Positions 11,029 to 24,646 of a stretch of 64,000 nucleotides of DNA are shown one piece after another (within the stretch, counting starts at the first letter, position 1; the number at the start of each line of letters is the position of its first letter). Below the pieces are notes generated by a model. It did no database searches and had not been told where the DNA came from. It saw only the letters and a program-made list of their open reading frames with translations. The DNA comes from Euprymna scolopes. Its lineage: Eukaryota. The position numbers and the translations under genes were made by a program. Location of the stretch: assembly GCA_053919585.1 (NCBI GenBank), contig CM132789.1. One strand, written 5' to 3'.

Positions 11029-14000
11029 TGTGGGAGGATAACAACACCTCTCTGCAAAAAATGTCATCTCCCATGACTGCCATTATATATATATATATGT
11101 GGCTGGAAACCATTTGTGAATTTAATATTTTCTAGAAACCTTCTTGTTTGGGAGGAAGCCAATACAACCTGATCCGGGTAAATGCCACACAAGGGTCAGG
11201 TGCAGGATTGAGTACACAGCATTACTATTGAGGGCATAATTTCAGGCCAAACCAAATTCCCTTTGTCACAGGTCAGCATGGTAAAAGGCACAAGCTGAGA
11301 GTGTCCTAATTTGACATATACTTGACTTGTGACAGCATTAACTGAGTTGGTTGAGCTAGCTCGCTCCCTTGAATTTACTGAGTCCCAAATGAGAGCTGAT
11401 CAAGCACAGTGGTCCATTGCCAACATTAAGACAAGTTATAGCTAATTTCCATTATTGAACACCAGAAATATGCGGATCAACAAGGAGTTTTGTCTCTTGT
11501 TTCACCATTCTACACATTTTGAGTTAGCCACCATTTCTTCCATCCCCAAAAGGAAACCAGATTGATGGCTTTTGTTGAATTTGTCTCCATGCCAGAGAGC
11601 GTGACCAAACCAGCAAACATGTTTTGGAAAAAAAAAAAAAAAAACTTGCAAAAGGGAAGGTATTTGGCCCTGTACACTGACCACCACATTAAAGATAAAC
11701 TGCTAATAGTGAATTCTGAGGATGTTATGCAGACAGTTTGCAGCTCAAACATGCCAGAACTCACGTTGATAGTTATAAACAAAACTTGATACTCAAATCT
11801 TTGAGACTAGCTTAATTGCTTGTGTGGACCACAATCAAAATTATAAGTGATAGAAAACAAGACAAGCATTTGCCAGCTGTTGTGTTGATCATAGGTCTTG
11901 GGTATATGTGACAGCATGCAAGTGTGCGTTTGTGCAGAAGACAAAAGTTAAGATTATAACTTTTCTTTTTAATTACTGGATTATTTTATGAAATAAAAAC
12001 TGAGGAATGACAGTGATACTTTTTGTAAGAGAACATTTAAATACAATCAAGATAAGAATTCTTGGTGATGTTATTAAACATAAAATAAAGCTAATAGATG
12101 TGAATAAGTGACTTATATGAAAACAAAATCAATGTCAGTTTTTTAATTTATTATTGTAATAAAGAGTGATATATATTTCATATGTCTATCAAAGCAGGTA
12201 AAAGACAGGTAAATGTATCACTTTACAATACTGGAAGTTTCAAAAGTCTAGACTTGGAATATCTCCAGAATTTAAATTTATTAATATTTTAATGAAATTA
12301 TTTTATTTTAAGATTTTTATATAAAATATGTATAGCATAACACACTATAAATCTCTTTATAGGAAGATAATTTTCATTTGGTTTATGGCACATCAACCAC
12401 CCATGGGTTATTTAATGTTGCATTAAGTTGTTAAATATAATTTTATAGATAGGATAATTATTTATATTCCTAGAATATATTTATCTAAGAAGAAAGTTTC
12501 ATAATTAAAACAGTAACATTACTTCCGGTATGGGAATTCTACTGAGAGAAGGAAACATTTCTTCCAGAAAATACCACGATAAGAAAATCAGTATTTTCAG
12601 AAAACATTACTCTTTCGCATTGGTAATCTTTGTTTTCAACATGATTGACCCTCAGCAACTGCTTTCTAGTATTGATTTGGGGAGGAAAATATAAATGAAA
12701 AAATAAGGTTTTGATTTTTTGAAAGAATCAGATCAAATAAAATGGTTGAGGATGAACTTACAGATAGTAGGGTATTATGTGACTAGGTGATTGATTGAAT
12801 TAGGCCCCTCAAACCTCCTGCCTAGCCAAAATAAGGGCCAAGGTAAACTAATGCTTAGCCACCAGGATCCTGTCTTACGACATCATGGGTCATCACCCAT
12901 GGCTAACATTGGCTCCATTTTCGGTGTGTGGTACCTCTTTACATTGGGTTGAAGTCAACGAATTTGTGGTTCCACCGCCACTGACGGCAGATATAAAATT
13001 AGGTTTCTATACATGTCTGTATATTCGTATACACAGAATTCACTTCTAAACTAATCATTATGAATTTTAGAACACAGCTGAAAGGTCTAAGGAGGAGGGC
13101 GTCATAATGTGGGCTATATTTACTTTTAGTTTTATGCAAAAGGGTAAAAAGAGTAGAAACACGTGAGAATTTAGCTGTTTTCTTTTTTGAAATTATAACA
13201 ATAGATATATTAGGCATGAATTAATAAATATTTCTCAAATTTCAGTTTCTTTGAAATATTTTAAAAGGGATTTTAAGAACATAATATAGGCACAACATTC
13301 CATTTTAAAAATTTATTTTAGATTTGCACTAAATTTGATGCATGACAATTAGACACCAATTATGCAAGATTCTTTAAATTCAAATTTCTTGAAACCTTAT
13401 AAGCTTAAATTTGTAACATTTTCAAGAATCAAAATCATTTAATGGATTTTGATTGAAACTGTTCTGTGGAATTTAGAGGTAAAGTTTAGCAGTATTAGGT
13501 CTTCTTTTTAATCTTTATTAAAAGGACAAATATGGCGTGAAAATATTCTGTACAGGGAATTAACGTTACCCATCCTGGGATGGGTAATTTTTTCTAATTT
13601 GTTAAAAATGTTAGAAAATTTTTATTTTAGAAATATTTTATCATTCCAGACTTTCTGGGACATCCTGTATTGCATAGCAATATATATATATATATATCTA
13701 CATTTCACATGATTTCGAAGAGATCCTATAAAATGCAAAACTTAATCAACGTTGCCAGTGTTGTTATTTTTTTTATAAGTAATGTTTTATTTGCAAGAAA
13801 TTTTAATGCCAGAATTTAATTTTTATTCAACAAATGCTTCCAAATTCTTTACAAAGTTTAAATGGTGCTCAAAATAATTCCTTGTTTTTCAACTATTAAG
13901 AAAAGATTAAAATAGCCGACTTATTTACAAAGAAACCGAAATACAATCCGGTTGATTAATGTAATTACATTATTTTTGTCTAAATAGAATTTAAAAAACT

Positions 14001-15025
14001 TGATTTATTTCATGCTATTGCATTTTTTATTTCAGTAATTGATTAATAAGAAATTTAAAAAATAAGGTATAAATAACAGAGGGAAGAAAACTCAACGCAC
14101 TAGAAATGATCACACTATTTTATTAATATAAAGATATAGGTCGTTTTTATTACAATAATGATTAACTAGAAAATTGGAATTTATTTAGTTTTATTATAAT
14201 TGAGCTTATTTAGTAAAACAAAGATGTCAGCTGATAATTGAACGGAAGAAAAAAATGTGCATATTTAATGAATGCCAGTTCATGCTTGATAAAAATGGAC
14301 ATGCAAAAAGGAAAGATTCGATTGAAATTAAAAAAAAAAAGACGAATGAACATCACAGCAGCTATAACCTACAATACAAAGCAAATTAATAAATTTAATC
14401 ATCAAATAAACATAAAAATGCATACATGATCAGAATTTGTTAGACAATGTTTAGAAATCCAATTAATAGTTTAGTTATTAATTAAGAGGGGAAGTTCAAG
14501 TTAAGATTTTCTCCAATACAATTAAAACAAAAGATCAGAAAAGCTGAAAAAAAAAAAAAAAAAAAAAAAAAATCCAATTAAGTACATGGTGTCTTCTGAA
14601 TATTGAAAGGAAGGCAATGTCTACAAAAGAAAAATATTTATTGAGTTTTATAAACCTAATCAGTTGGTGATCCGACTGGCAAAGAAAAAAAAAGTTTATT
14701 CAATATTCAGAAGACTTTTTTTGTATTTCTTTAAACACTGATAGAATGTTGAAAGGTAAGCAATTGGTGTCCATTGTATGATGCACATACACACAGAATC
14801 ACCATGAGATAGGCCGTCCTTACAACATGCTAGCTGCTTAGAGTTCACAAAAGAAATATACTATTATGTGCACTTAACAGGAAAGAGTAGGAGGAAGGGA
14901 AGAGAGTGAGTGAGTGAGTGAGGGACAGAAACTAAGGGAGATAATCACACAAAATCCCAAGGATACACCACGCTATCATGCAACAAAAAGAAATGCTGAA
15001 TTATTGAACCTTTAATATATAGATA

Positions 15026-15626
15026 CTAGTTGTATTAATTTGGCATTGCCCAGGTGGGGACACGTCAAATGGAGTGGGATTAGAGAAAACTAATTCCCTA
15101 GTCATATTTCTAATTTTTTCTTCATAAAAAAAAAAAACAAAAAAAAAAAAGCTTATGAAACAATTAATTCTAATTTTTCCTTAATTTATTTTTGAATTCA
15201 TTAAATATTGGATTAATAATAAATATAAAACAAAATAATTCAATGCTTAATTATCAAAGTTATATAGACGAGGCAGAGGCACACAAGACCTTATCAGGTA
15301 ATATTAATACTAAGATGATGAACAGTTTCTTGAGTAACGTTCAACAAGGTAGCTAAAATGAATAAAAAGGGCAAGTTTAATTTATGATAAATTACTCCTG
15401 TTAACATGTTTTGTTTTTTAATAAAATTTTTATAAGTTTGTTTTCATTTTGTTCTATTTAATTTTTGATTGTAATATTTGATTAATAGTAAACTCGATCA
15501 TTAGTTAATAAAATTTGATTAATAAGAGTAAAAAAAATAAAATAAAAAGATTAAATTTCTTTAAGTATAGACCAAAAATTCACACACAAGCACACATTAT
15601 CTTGTCTACAGTTTTATTAATACAGA
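15026..15626 (-). mobile_element. Non-autonomous Helitron-like element
   Basis: On the minus strand: A|TC 5' end at 15626, subterminal GC hairpin (tgggcaatgcca), CTAG|T 3' end at 15026. Confidence 0.55.
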
Positions 15627-16517
15627 TTTAATACCTAATCTATTCCAAAAGCCATATTCTTTACATTTAATGAGATGCAAGATTTCTTTAAATCCCCTAT
15701 TGAAAAAACTTCATGGCATCACTCAAGACAATAGCAATTAACTGTTTGTACCCAACATCTGTTCAAGGAACATATGACAGATTATACTAGGTTATATACT
15801 AAAAGCAGAGACCGGATAACCAAAAATTCAACATTGCTTATCATTTACAAGGCTAATTCTAGCAGCAAAGCTATTTGGCAGGGTAGATTTCTGCCATTGT
15901 CATCTCTAAACTGAAGACAAAGCTTTTTTATTTATAAAGTCAAAAGAGGGCATAATAGAACTAGAAGTTTTACTTTCAAACAGATAGATCTAGAACTAGC
16001 TGTACCTATCCAGAATTACACAGGATGCAGTGAAGTCATTTTAGCTTTTAAACTTTGTTTGCACATTTTGAATTTATACAGAAAAACAAATATAATTTAT
16101 TGTAAGGTAGACAACTCTTACTGTATTCTTCAATTACATTTCCTTGCAAGTACAGATTTTCCCCCCGTAGTTAAAAATGTTTCATAATATAGATATCCTG
16201 AGCCAGACTAAGTCATTTTTGTAATACATTGTAGCGAAGTATGCTATTATAATGATGATAATATGGTCCAATAATAACAAATGGAAATTTGCCAGTCAAA
16301 AACAAACTTTGATTTGTCAGTTAAAAACTGATTTTGAAAATTTGACTAGATAACTTAACAGATATAGATAATAAATCGCAGAAGATTTACTTGAAATTTA
16401 TAAACTTTGACTAATCAATATAAATTTAAATTTCTTTTCTATTATGTTTCTGAATTTTTGAGAAGAGGATTTATAATTTGTATTATTTGGTTTATTCAGA
16501 CTACTGTTTTTATTTTG

Positions 16518-16905
16518 AGTCTTAGTTTCATGTTTTGGCTAATATACCCTTACGTCTTCCAAGTGTAAATTGTTGAACTCTGGAATCTTTCTTTCAAAGT
16601 TGTGAATCTGCATGGAATTTCCAATGCCACAGGCCCTTGCATAACACAAAGTACTAGATAAAATTCAGTCCTAAGTAACACTTTTCTAAAGCTTGAAGGT
16701 TCAATTCCTCAGTGTGAATGATACCATGATTAAAATGGCTGCTGGAATGAATGAAAGCATACCTCCATGGATTATATAAAGGGTTCTGTTTGAATTTCCA
16801 TGTAGATCCTCGAATTTGACAGAAAAATTCCAAAGTTCAACAAGAAACACCTAAAGAAAGTCTAACATTATATCAGCTGAAACATTGTGAGAATAACGCA
16901 AGATG
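16518..16905. mobile_element. Penelope-like inverted-repeat element (degenerate)
   Basis: Arms tgttgaactctggaat...ctgcatggaattt and aatttccatgtagat...attccaaagttcaaca. The right arm ends cacctaaagaaag...gctgaaacattgtg...caagatgag, like the element at 59578-60054. Confidence 0.55.
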
Positions 16906-17168
16906 AGAACATTAGTGTGGATAATCTAAATAATACAATATTTCTTTCCTATTAGATGTTACAAAAAAATCAACCAAATTCTTAATTATAAACAGAACTT
17001 AAAAGAATGCGAAAATAAGTAAAAAAAACAAAACAAAAAAAAACAAACTTTGGAGCAAAGATATCTGTCCAAGCAATAAAACTTCAATAGTGATAAAGGG
17101 AGATAACCCAGTTGTATACTTCCATTATAAGGAATCTCTTTACCCATTTTTCAATGCTTGTTAAGCTA

Positions 17169-17900
17169 TAGTCGACAAATCGATATTTTAAATATATCAT
17201 CTTAAGCAAAAACAATATTATGTACTTAATTGTCATGTCGGAAATAGTAATATATCCAAAAATTATGAAAATTCACCGAGTAGAATAACTGCTATTGTAT
17301 TTTTTTCTACCCAGAGTGCCCCTTTGTGGGGACCTGAATTTTCCTCACATTAAAAAGCCAACCTTGTATCTAACTTTGCACTCATGGAGAGGCAAGTAAA
17401 TGGGAACTGCTATTGTGTTTTTAGTAAAATAAAGCCTATCGCTATAGAAAACAAATTTTATAGTTACGTCCCCTGCGTTTAGAATCCTACCGTCTACTTT
17501 ATAATATCTAAGAAAAATGTGATCTTACTCAAATTACCTTTAACTATAAACTTTCTCGGCCTTCGGACCGGGATCAAAGTGTAGTATCTGTTCTGCAGAT
17601 GCTGCACTTAAGATAATTTATACCAGTCAATGGAGGGGAAACCCTCTATACTGGGACAATTATAATTTTTGCTAACCAGAGTGCTCCCTTTTTACCTACA
17701 TTTAGGGGAGCTGGTTTTTACCCCACATTAAAAACAGCATTGTGCCAATTTGCTTTGGTGGGGAAGCAAATAAATACAATAAGCCTTTCTACTCGAAAAT
17801 TATTCGTAATTTTTGGATACATTACTATTTTCGGCATGATAATTAATATTGTTTTTTCTTAAAGCAACATATTTAAAAACAAAAATTGATCTGTTGACTG
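17169..17900. mobile_element. Tc1/pogo-type non-autonomous DNA transposon (MITE)
   Basis: ta|tagtcgacaaatcgat... and ...attgatctgttgactg|ta. ~130-bp imperfect TIRs, TA flanks, and an internal direct repeat (ccagagtgc...cacattaaaaa) at ~17310 and ~17676. Confidence 0.75.
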
Positions 17901-18655
17901 TATCTTTACAAGCACCCATTTTTCTTTACATTTTTATGTGTGGATGATTCTTAGCTTTATTCGATGCATACAGTTATGGCTTCACAATAAAAAAATTACT
18001 TGCTGATCTCAGATTTACTTTTAAAAATTGAACATTTCACAGTGAAAATAATTGTTTTTAGATGCTATCATCTTATGACGATGTGAAATAAAATCCATAA
18101 GTTAATGTTTAAAAAATTGTTTTTTTTTATTAAAACTAATCAGAAGGGAAGAATAGTGTTTAGACAATGGGCACGATGCACACATGCATGTGTAAATCCA
18201 ACCATCCATTTAATTAACACACTCGATACACTTACACACATGAAAAGGAAAAAAAAGGATAGAAGTTATCATGCAACATGTACTTAAAAATTTTTTTTTT
18301 TTAATTCTTGAATAAAAAAAGTCTAAGAAGCTGTTATTTGATAAAAATTGAGAAAACTATTTACAGTTGCTTTCTAATATCATTAGTACAAAAAAAAAAA
18401 AAAATCAATAAACTTCATTAAAAAAAAAAAAAAAAAGGAATCAAATGCAACGTATAATGAGATGAGGAAACAAACACAATCCACTCAACAGTTGACAAAA
18501 TCGTGAGCCAACCATTTTTTTTTCTTGCAGAACAAGTTGGTATGTCACGTGGTTAAAAACATGACTGCCCAATTTAAAGAGTTTATTGGTTAGTTGACAA
18601 ACATGAAGCGCAAAGCCAAAGGCCAGTAAGAACTCCATTCCAACGTCAAGCCTAC

Positions 18656-21600
18656 CTTACGGCTCGTCTGGTCCGAAAACTGAGTCCAAGATTTTGGTCG
18701 ATTTGTCATGTCTGCTTTTGAAGAAAGTTGCCTGAGAAACACTTCACTTTTGGCAGGTGTTTCTGCTGGCAACGGCATCACTTCTCCAAGAATCTGTTTC
18801 TCTTCAGTTCCATCAGTATCTGGTTTCATTGTACTTATCTCATTTGGCTGCTTGTCAGTAGATTTATCTCCTGATAATTCAATATAGTTTACAAGTTTTG
18901 ACTTGCTCGTTGGTAAATCCTTATTGGAAAGGTTTTCGATGTTACTTATGCCTTCAGAAGAACTCAATGTTTCTTTAGGAACAGCAACGTCTTCTGTTGA
19001 ATCACTTTCACGTGGCAACTTTCCTATAGTAGAAACTGGATCTTTTCCCAGAATGATATCACCTTTATTGTGAGTTGTTGTTTCAGCATCTCCAATTGGA
19101 TTTATGTGAATTGGTTTTGGATTTTTAATTGGTGGATTTACTGGATTATCTATCGGTGTTTTGTTTGGTGTCTTAGGAGAAGGCTGCTGGAATTTAGGAC
19201 TTGCACCATTTTTATTCAAGTCAATTACACTTTTCTGGGGTTCTGGTAACTGTGTGATAGGTTTAGTAAGTATATGATTTTCGGAATCCGAATCAGAACC
19301 AGTAGAATTAACATTAGTCAAAGAACTAGCCCTAGGTTTTTTGTCATTCAAATTCTTAGGATCATTTGGTAACTGATTACCATCTGCTAAATCTGAGTTA
19401 CTGGCATCCTTTAATCCCTCCCTTGCACTATTACTGACTATCAGCCCAGCAGCTATAGCTTCTCTATAGTTCAATCGCTTCCTTTCTCCTGGTGTGATAT
19501 AAGTTCCTTTATGAGGATCTATAATTCCACGAGAGATCGCTTCGTGCAAACAAATAATTGAATCTTGATTCAAGTCTCGAATTTCAGCAACACTTGCCGA
19601 GACTAAGCCATGTTCAATAACAGCAGCCAGGTCATCATTCTTTCCAGATGATGGATCAATGAACAAACCTGTCCTAACATTATAAAGACCTTGATCGACG
19701 GCACTGTATAAAGTAAGACCACTTGGACTAATGATAAAACCTTGCAGCAGAGCCTCGGCCAGTGTCATACATTCTCCGGTTTGGGGATTTCGAAACTCAC
19801 CAGTCTTTATATCAATTAATCCTAAACTTGCAGCTCTCCTCAATGTAATTGGCTGAACAGTGTCAGGATCTATAACCTGAGAATTAGAACGGCTCAACAT
19901 TCCAGATGCAAATGCCTCTTCCAACCTAATGTGTCCTTTGGCCGGGTCGTTCAAAGCAGAAAATTGTACAGCATTGTTCACTTGTTCCACAGGGCATGAT
20001 GTTGAATCCTGATCTTCAGTGCCATTGCTGAGTAGGAGGGTTTTGGATTTATCACCTTCTTTAACAAGCCACCCTTCTTTTTTGGCCTCGTATAAATTCA
20101 TGATAGCATTCGACACGGGATGTTTGAATGTCCCTTTCTCTAATGATAACAATCCAATTGAACTTGCCACAAGAATATTCATGCATTCTTGAGTTTGAGG
20201 ACAGACAATCTGATCAACCAAAGGGTTTAAAAGACCCATCTTAAGAGCATTCAATATCGTCATGGATTTATCTTGGTTTGGATCTTTCAAGTGACCCGTC
20301 GTTGGATCATAAAAGCCCTTCTCAAGGAAATCATTTAAAGTAATGTCTGGTTTGGAATGCTTCAAAGACAAAGGTAGCATCAGTTCAGAGAGTTCAGAAT
20401 TGTGTAATATAAGGGGACTCCGAAGGGATTCCTGCTGTGGTTTTGGGTTGCTAGCAGGATTTGAACGAGTGCTCGTAATTGATATATCTTGTACGACTAT
20501 TTTTGATCTCTCAGTTACAAGTACCTCTTCAGTATCTGGACAGTTTTTAATCAGCGACAAACTGCGTTTTTCGGTCCCTACAGTTGCACTTGGCTGTAAG
20601 ACAATGGATGTTGCTGTGTTTAAGCTCCCTTCAGAAACCAATTCCTGCAAATTATTGATGGAATCCATAGAAGCTGCTTGAGGAATCTCAAAAAGGATTC
20701 TTTTAGCCACAGCCTCTGTTAATGATAAATTTGACGTAGCAGTTCTAACAGTTCCAATGTTTAGATCAAAAACATGGGTTTCTACAGCTTCAGATAGAAA
20801 GAGATTTTGAGACTCGTCAATGGTTAATAATGTGCAATCGATTCTGATAAAACCAGAGTCTATACTTTCTTTTAACGATTGCCTCTCCCCAGTTGTTGTA
20901 TTAAGCATCTTATGAGATTCTTCATCAAACAGGCACTTACTAACAGCATCAGCAAGTTGTAATTGTTTTTCACTGATGTTCAAAATAAGGCCAGATTTCA
21001 TAGCTTTTTCCAAAGGGATTGTACTTTTCTTCTGCCGATTTAGCACAGAAACCGTTTTACTACTGACAATGCCTTTCTGCAGGGCTTCATTCAATGTGAT
21101 AACCAATCCAGTTTCTGGATGTTTCACTAGCGACTTGTTGCCATCAATCAAATTACTGGATAAAGAATCAATTAAATTCCTATAATTCTGGGTTCTTGGA
21201 TCCAAAAACATCCGACGCTGATGATCAAATATGCCATATTCACAAGCAGATTTAAGTCCAAATTTTGGAGACTTGGAATCAACAAGCAAACAGGTGTCCA
21301 ACGATTCTCGATAAGGGATGTAGCTACCTCCTGGTAAAGCGAGCGTATAATTATCAGGATTCAGGATTCTTTTGCGAATTGCAGCTTTACAAGGAATATA
21401 CGATTTAAGATGAGCATCCCAAACTAGAGGTTCCCTGAGACGATCTTGTATGCATTCCTCATCAGATTGGTTTAAAGAAAAGTCCTGCTTTTCTGATCTG
21501 TATAAATTGTTTGAGGGAAGAATCAACTGGGATTTTAGACTTTCTGTTATAGAAAGTTTTCCAAGTTGAGAGGAGAATTTCCCACTTGAATCTAGAACGT

Positions 21601-24600
21601 CTTTTTCGATTGCTTGCTTAAGAGTAAGAGGGTGAGAATGGCCATGAAATGAGAGCGGTTCATCCTTTATCAACATGGAATTGACGGCATCTGTAAGAGA
21701 CATACTTCCTCCTGTATATGGACTATAAACAGTATTTGAATGATCATCGTAGAGTCCGAGTTGCACCGCTTCAATAATAGACATGCCACTTGCAGAAATA
21801 TCCGTCATTAGATTCCTATTCAGAATGGAAGCAAGGTCAATATTGTCTCCGTCTGAATTATTAAGAGTTCCATTCATAGCAATAAACCAACCTTCATCAA
21901 TTGCTTGCTCTAAAGAGACATAAGGTGCATCCTGTGAACGCTTAACCAAAGTAATTTTTGGATCAATTATTCCAATGTCAATAGCGTCTTGGATGGTCAG
22001 TTGTTTGCCTGTTAGCGGATCTATGACATATTTGAATGTAGGATCAAAGAGACCTGCCTGAATGGACGTCATCAGGCTGACTGAACACTGATCAGTGGCA
22101 AGTCTTATGTAACCTTTATCGACTGCGGTTTTCAAATCGACAACTTCCTTCTCGGTATGAACTTGAGAAAGTTCAATGTCTAAAACTCCTTTGGTGACAG
22201 CCTCATCAAATGTTAGAAATTCTCCTTTATGAGGAATCTTAGTTAGGTTTGGCTTTAACATACCACTCAATACAGCATCCCGCAAACATTGGATATTACC
22301 AGTTTGTGGATCGATGAACTGGCAAGTCTTTGCATTATAGATTCCTTGTTTGACAGCTTCAATAAGACTTATTTCTGAAGCACCTTTATCCTGAAGTACC
22401 AAACCTTTCCTCACAGCTTCTTCCAATGGGTAGGTCTTACAACCGACATTGTAAGAGCCATCATCTGCATTCAAGATATTTTGATAAATGGCACCATCAA
22501 CAGTAAGAAGAGTTTGGCTATCAGGATCTCGTACAGTGATAGTGTCTTTATCTAAGAGTCCAGATTCCAAAGCGCAGGTGAATGAGCCAGAAAGTGATGA
22601 AGAAGGATCAAGGAATGTTCTAGAGCTAGGATCATAGATTCCTTCTTCAAATGATTCTTGGAGGGTTAGCCCCGGCTGAGAGGATATATCAATTATTAAA
22701 CCTTTCTGCAAAGCATTTACAAATGAAATCTCTTCATTTTCAGAAAAATAATTAGCTGTCTGAACATTAAATATTTCTCGACTGACTGCGCTCTCAATAG
22801 TTAAAATCTGACCCAAATCATCTCGGATCCGGATGAGATCGGTGTCGAGGAGTCCAATGTTAACAGCATCCGAGAAGGTCATTTCTTCATTATTGTCTGG
22901 ATTCAAGAACAGGTTATTAGACTCATCATAAAGTTCTTCATCAAAGATTTCTGTAAGAGACAGTTTCAAAGGAGCACGACATCTTGTAATCAAACCCTTT
23001 TCTAATGCGAAATTCAAAGCGATTGCTTGTCCAGATGAATTCATCATTTTACCAGAGTCAATGTCAATTATCCTTTTCGATATGGCTTCACTCAATGCCA
23101 TCAGGTCCCAGCTGACAGGATCTCGAACCAAAGATTCCATATGAATTATGCCTTCTTGCAAAGCTTTAGGTAATGGCATAGTCGATTTATTAACTGGATG
23201 GGTGACTGTATTATTCACAGAGTCGTACAACCCCTGCAAAATGGCCTCATCAAGGGTGATAGGTATATCATTGTTCTCTATACATGTTTGGTTAAATAAG
23301 GAAGCGATGCTTTCGCGTCTAGTTCCAGTCATTGATGCTTTTCTTTTAGTGGTCAGACTCGGCAGTGAAGATCTTCGTGTCAGAACATTCAAGGAAGGAA
23401 TCAAACCAAACTCTTGTCGATCAGAAGAAAAGGAAGCGCTTTCTAAGGTTGAATCAGAATCAGTGTCTTGTACAGAATCCAACGAATACATTTGCTTGCA
23501 TGATTTTAAAGCAGACGAGAAAGAACCTCTTTCGACTAAGTCTTTTGCTTCTGTGGAGATTTTATGAGATAAAAGAAATCCAACATCCACAGCTTCAGGA
23601 ATTGACATTTTTTTGTTGTTTTGAAGATCCAAAAAGTGGCAAGAATCAGAAGTGCAGTGAAGAATCTCTTTGGAAATGGCTTCACCAAGCTCAATAATAT
23701 CAGATGTTTGTGTATTAATCACTTCCTGAGAAGTTGGGCTTAAATATCGAAAAGCAACCATCTGAGTGAGAGACAACAATTCTCCGGTAGATGGCTCTTT
23801 AAATAGGCTAACTTCATCATTATAATTTCCATCATAGACAAGATCGGCAATGGTTGTTTCTTTTCCAGTTATTATAAAACCTTTTTTAACAGACTCAGCC
23901 CAAGAAAGCCACTCGTTATTTGAAGAATCTCTTATTTCGCCAGTTTTCGCATTGAAAAGTCTTTTTTGCGTAGCAGCAATGGCTAAGTTCACATACTGCT
24001 TATTTTGGACATCCAGCAATCGTGTCTGAGCACTTACCGCCCCTTTTGTTATGAGATCAAATAAACCGTGCCCTAATTTATCCTGAAAATCAAAGACATC
24101 AGATTCTTCCCTTGGATTGCACTGAATGAGGCCAACCTCAAATGCAGAGAGCAAAGAATAAGAGATTTTGCTGTTAGGAATTAAAATGTTTCCATTCTTA
24201 GGGTCAACGTAACCCATGTCAAAAGCTTTCTCCAAGTTCATAGAAGAACCAGACTGCAGCAATAACTGCAAGCCATTTGCTGGGAGGATATCAAAGTTCA
24301 GACTATCTCTCAAATTAAGTAAACTTCCTTTTACTGGATGAACAAACTGATGACTGACAGGATCCCAGAATCCTTCCAAAAGATGCTTCAAGTAAGATTC
24401 TAACATACAAACATGATCCAAAGTGCCATTTATTTTTGGACTGTCATTGTCAGATGGTTTGCAGGTTAGTAGAACAGAGTCCTCAGGATGTGGGTTCCAA
24501 GGTTTCAAAGTTGGGCTGGAATTATGAAAGCCATTAGGAATTGAAGGGTCATGGATGAATGTTGCTGCTGCTGCTACTTCTTGTCTCACAGAAACTACAT

Positions 24601-24646
24601 TTTCAGGAGACTGTTTGCCCTTCAGATTAGCAGAGACATTTTTAGC
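18656..24646 (-). CDS. MACF1: Spectraplakin giant exon 2: plectin repeat domains, 1,997 codons
   Basis: Covers the 1999-aa ORF. Acceptor gaatttcag|GCT AAA AAT at 24646, in frame 19 codons upstream of the ORF-track start. Donor CGT AAG|gtaggc at 18656. 5,991 nt, phase 0/0, many plectin repeats plus a Pro/Ser-rich tail. Confidence 0.92.
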
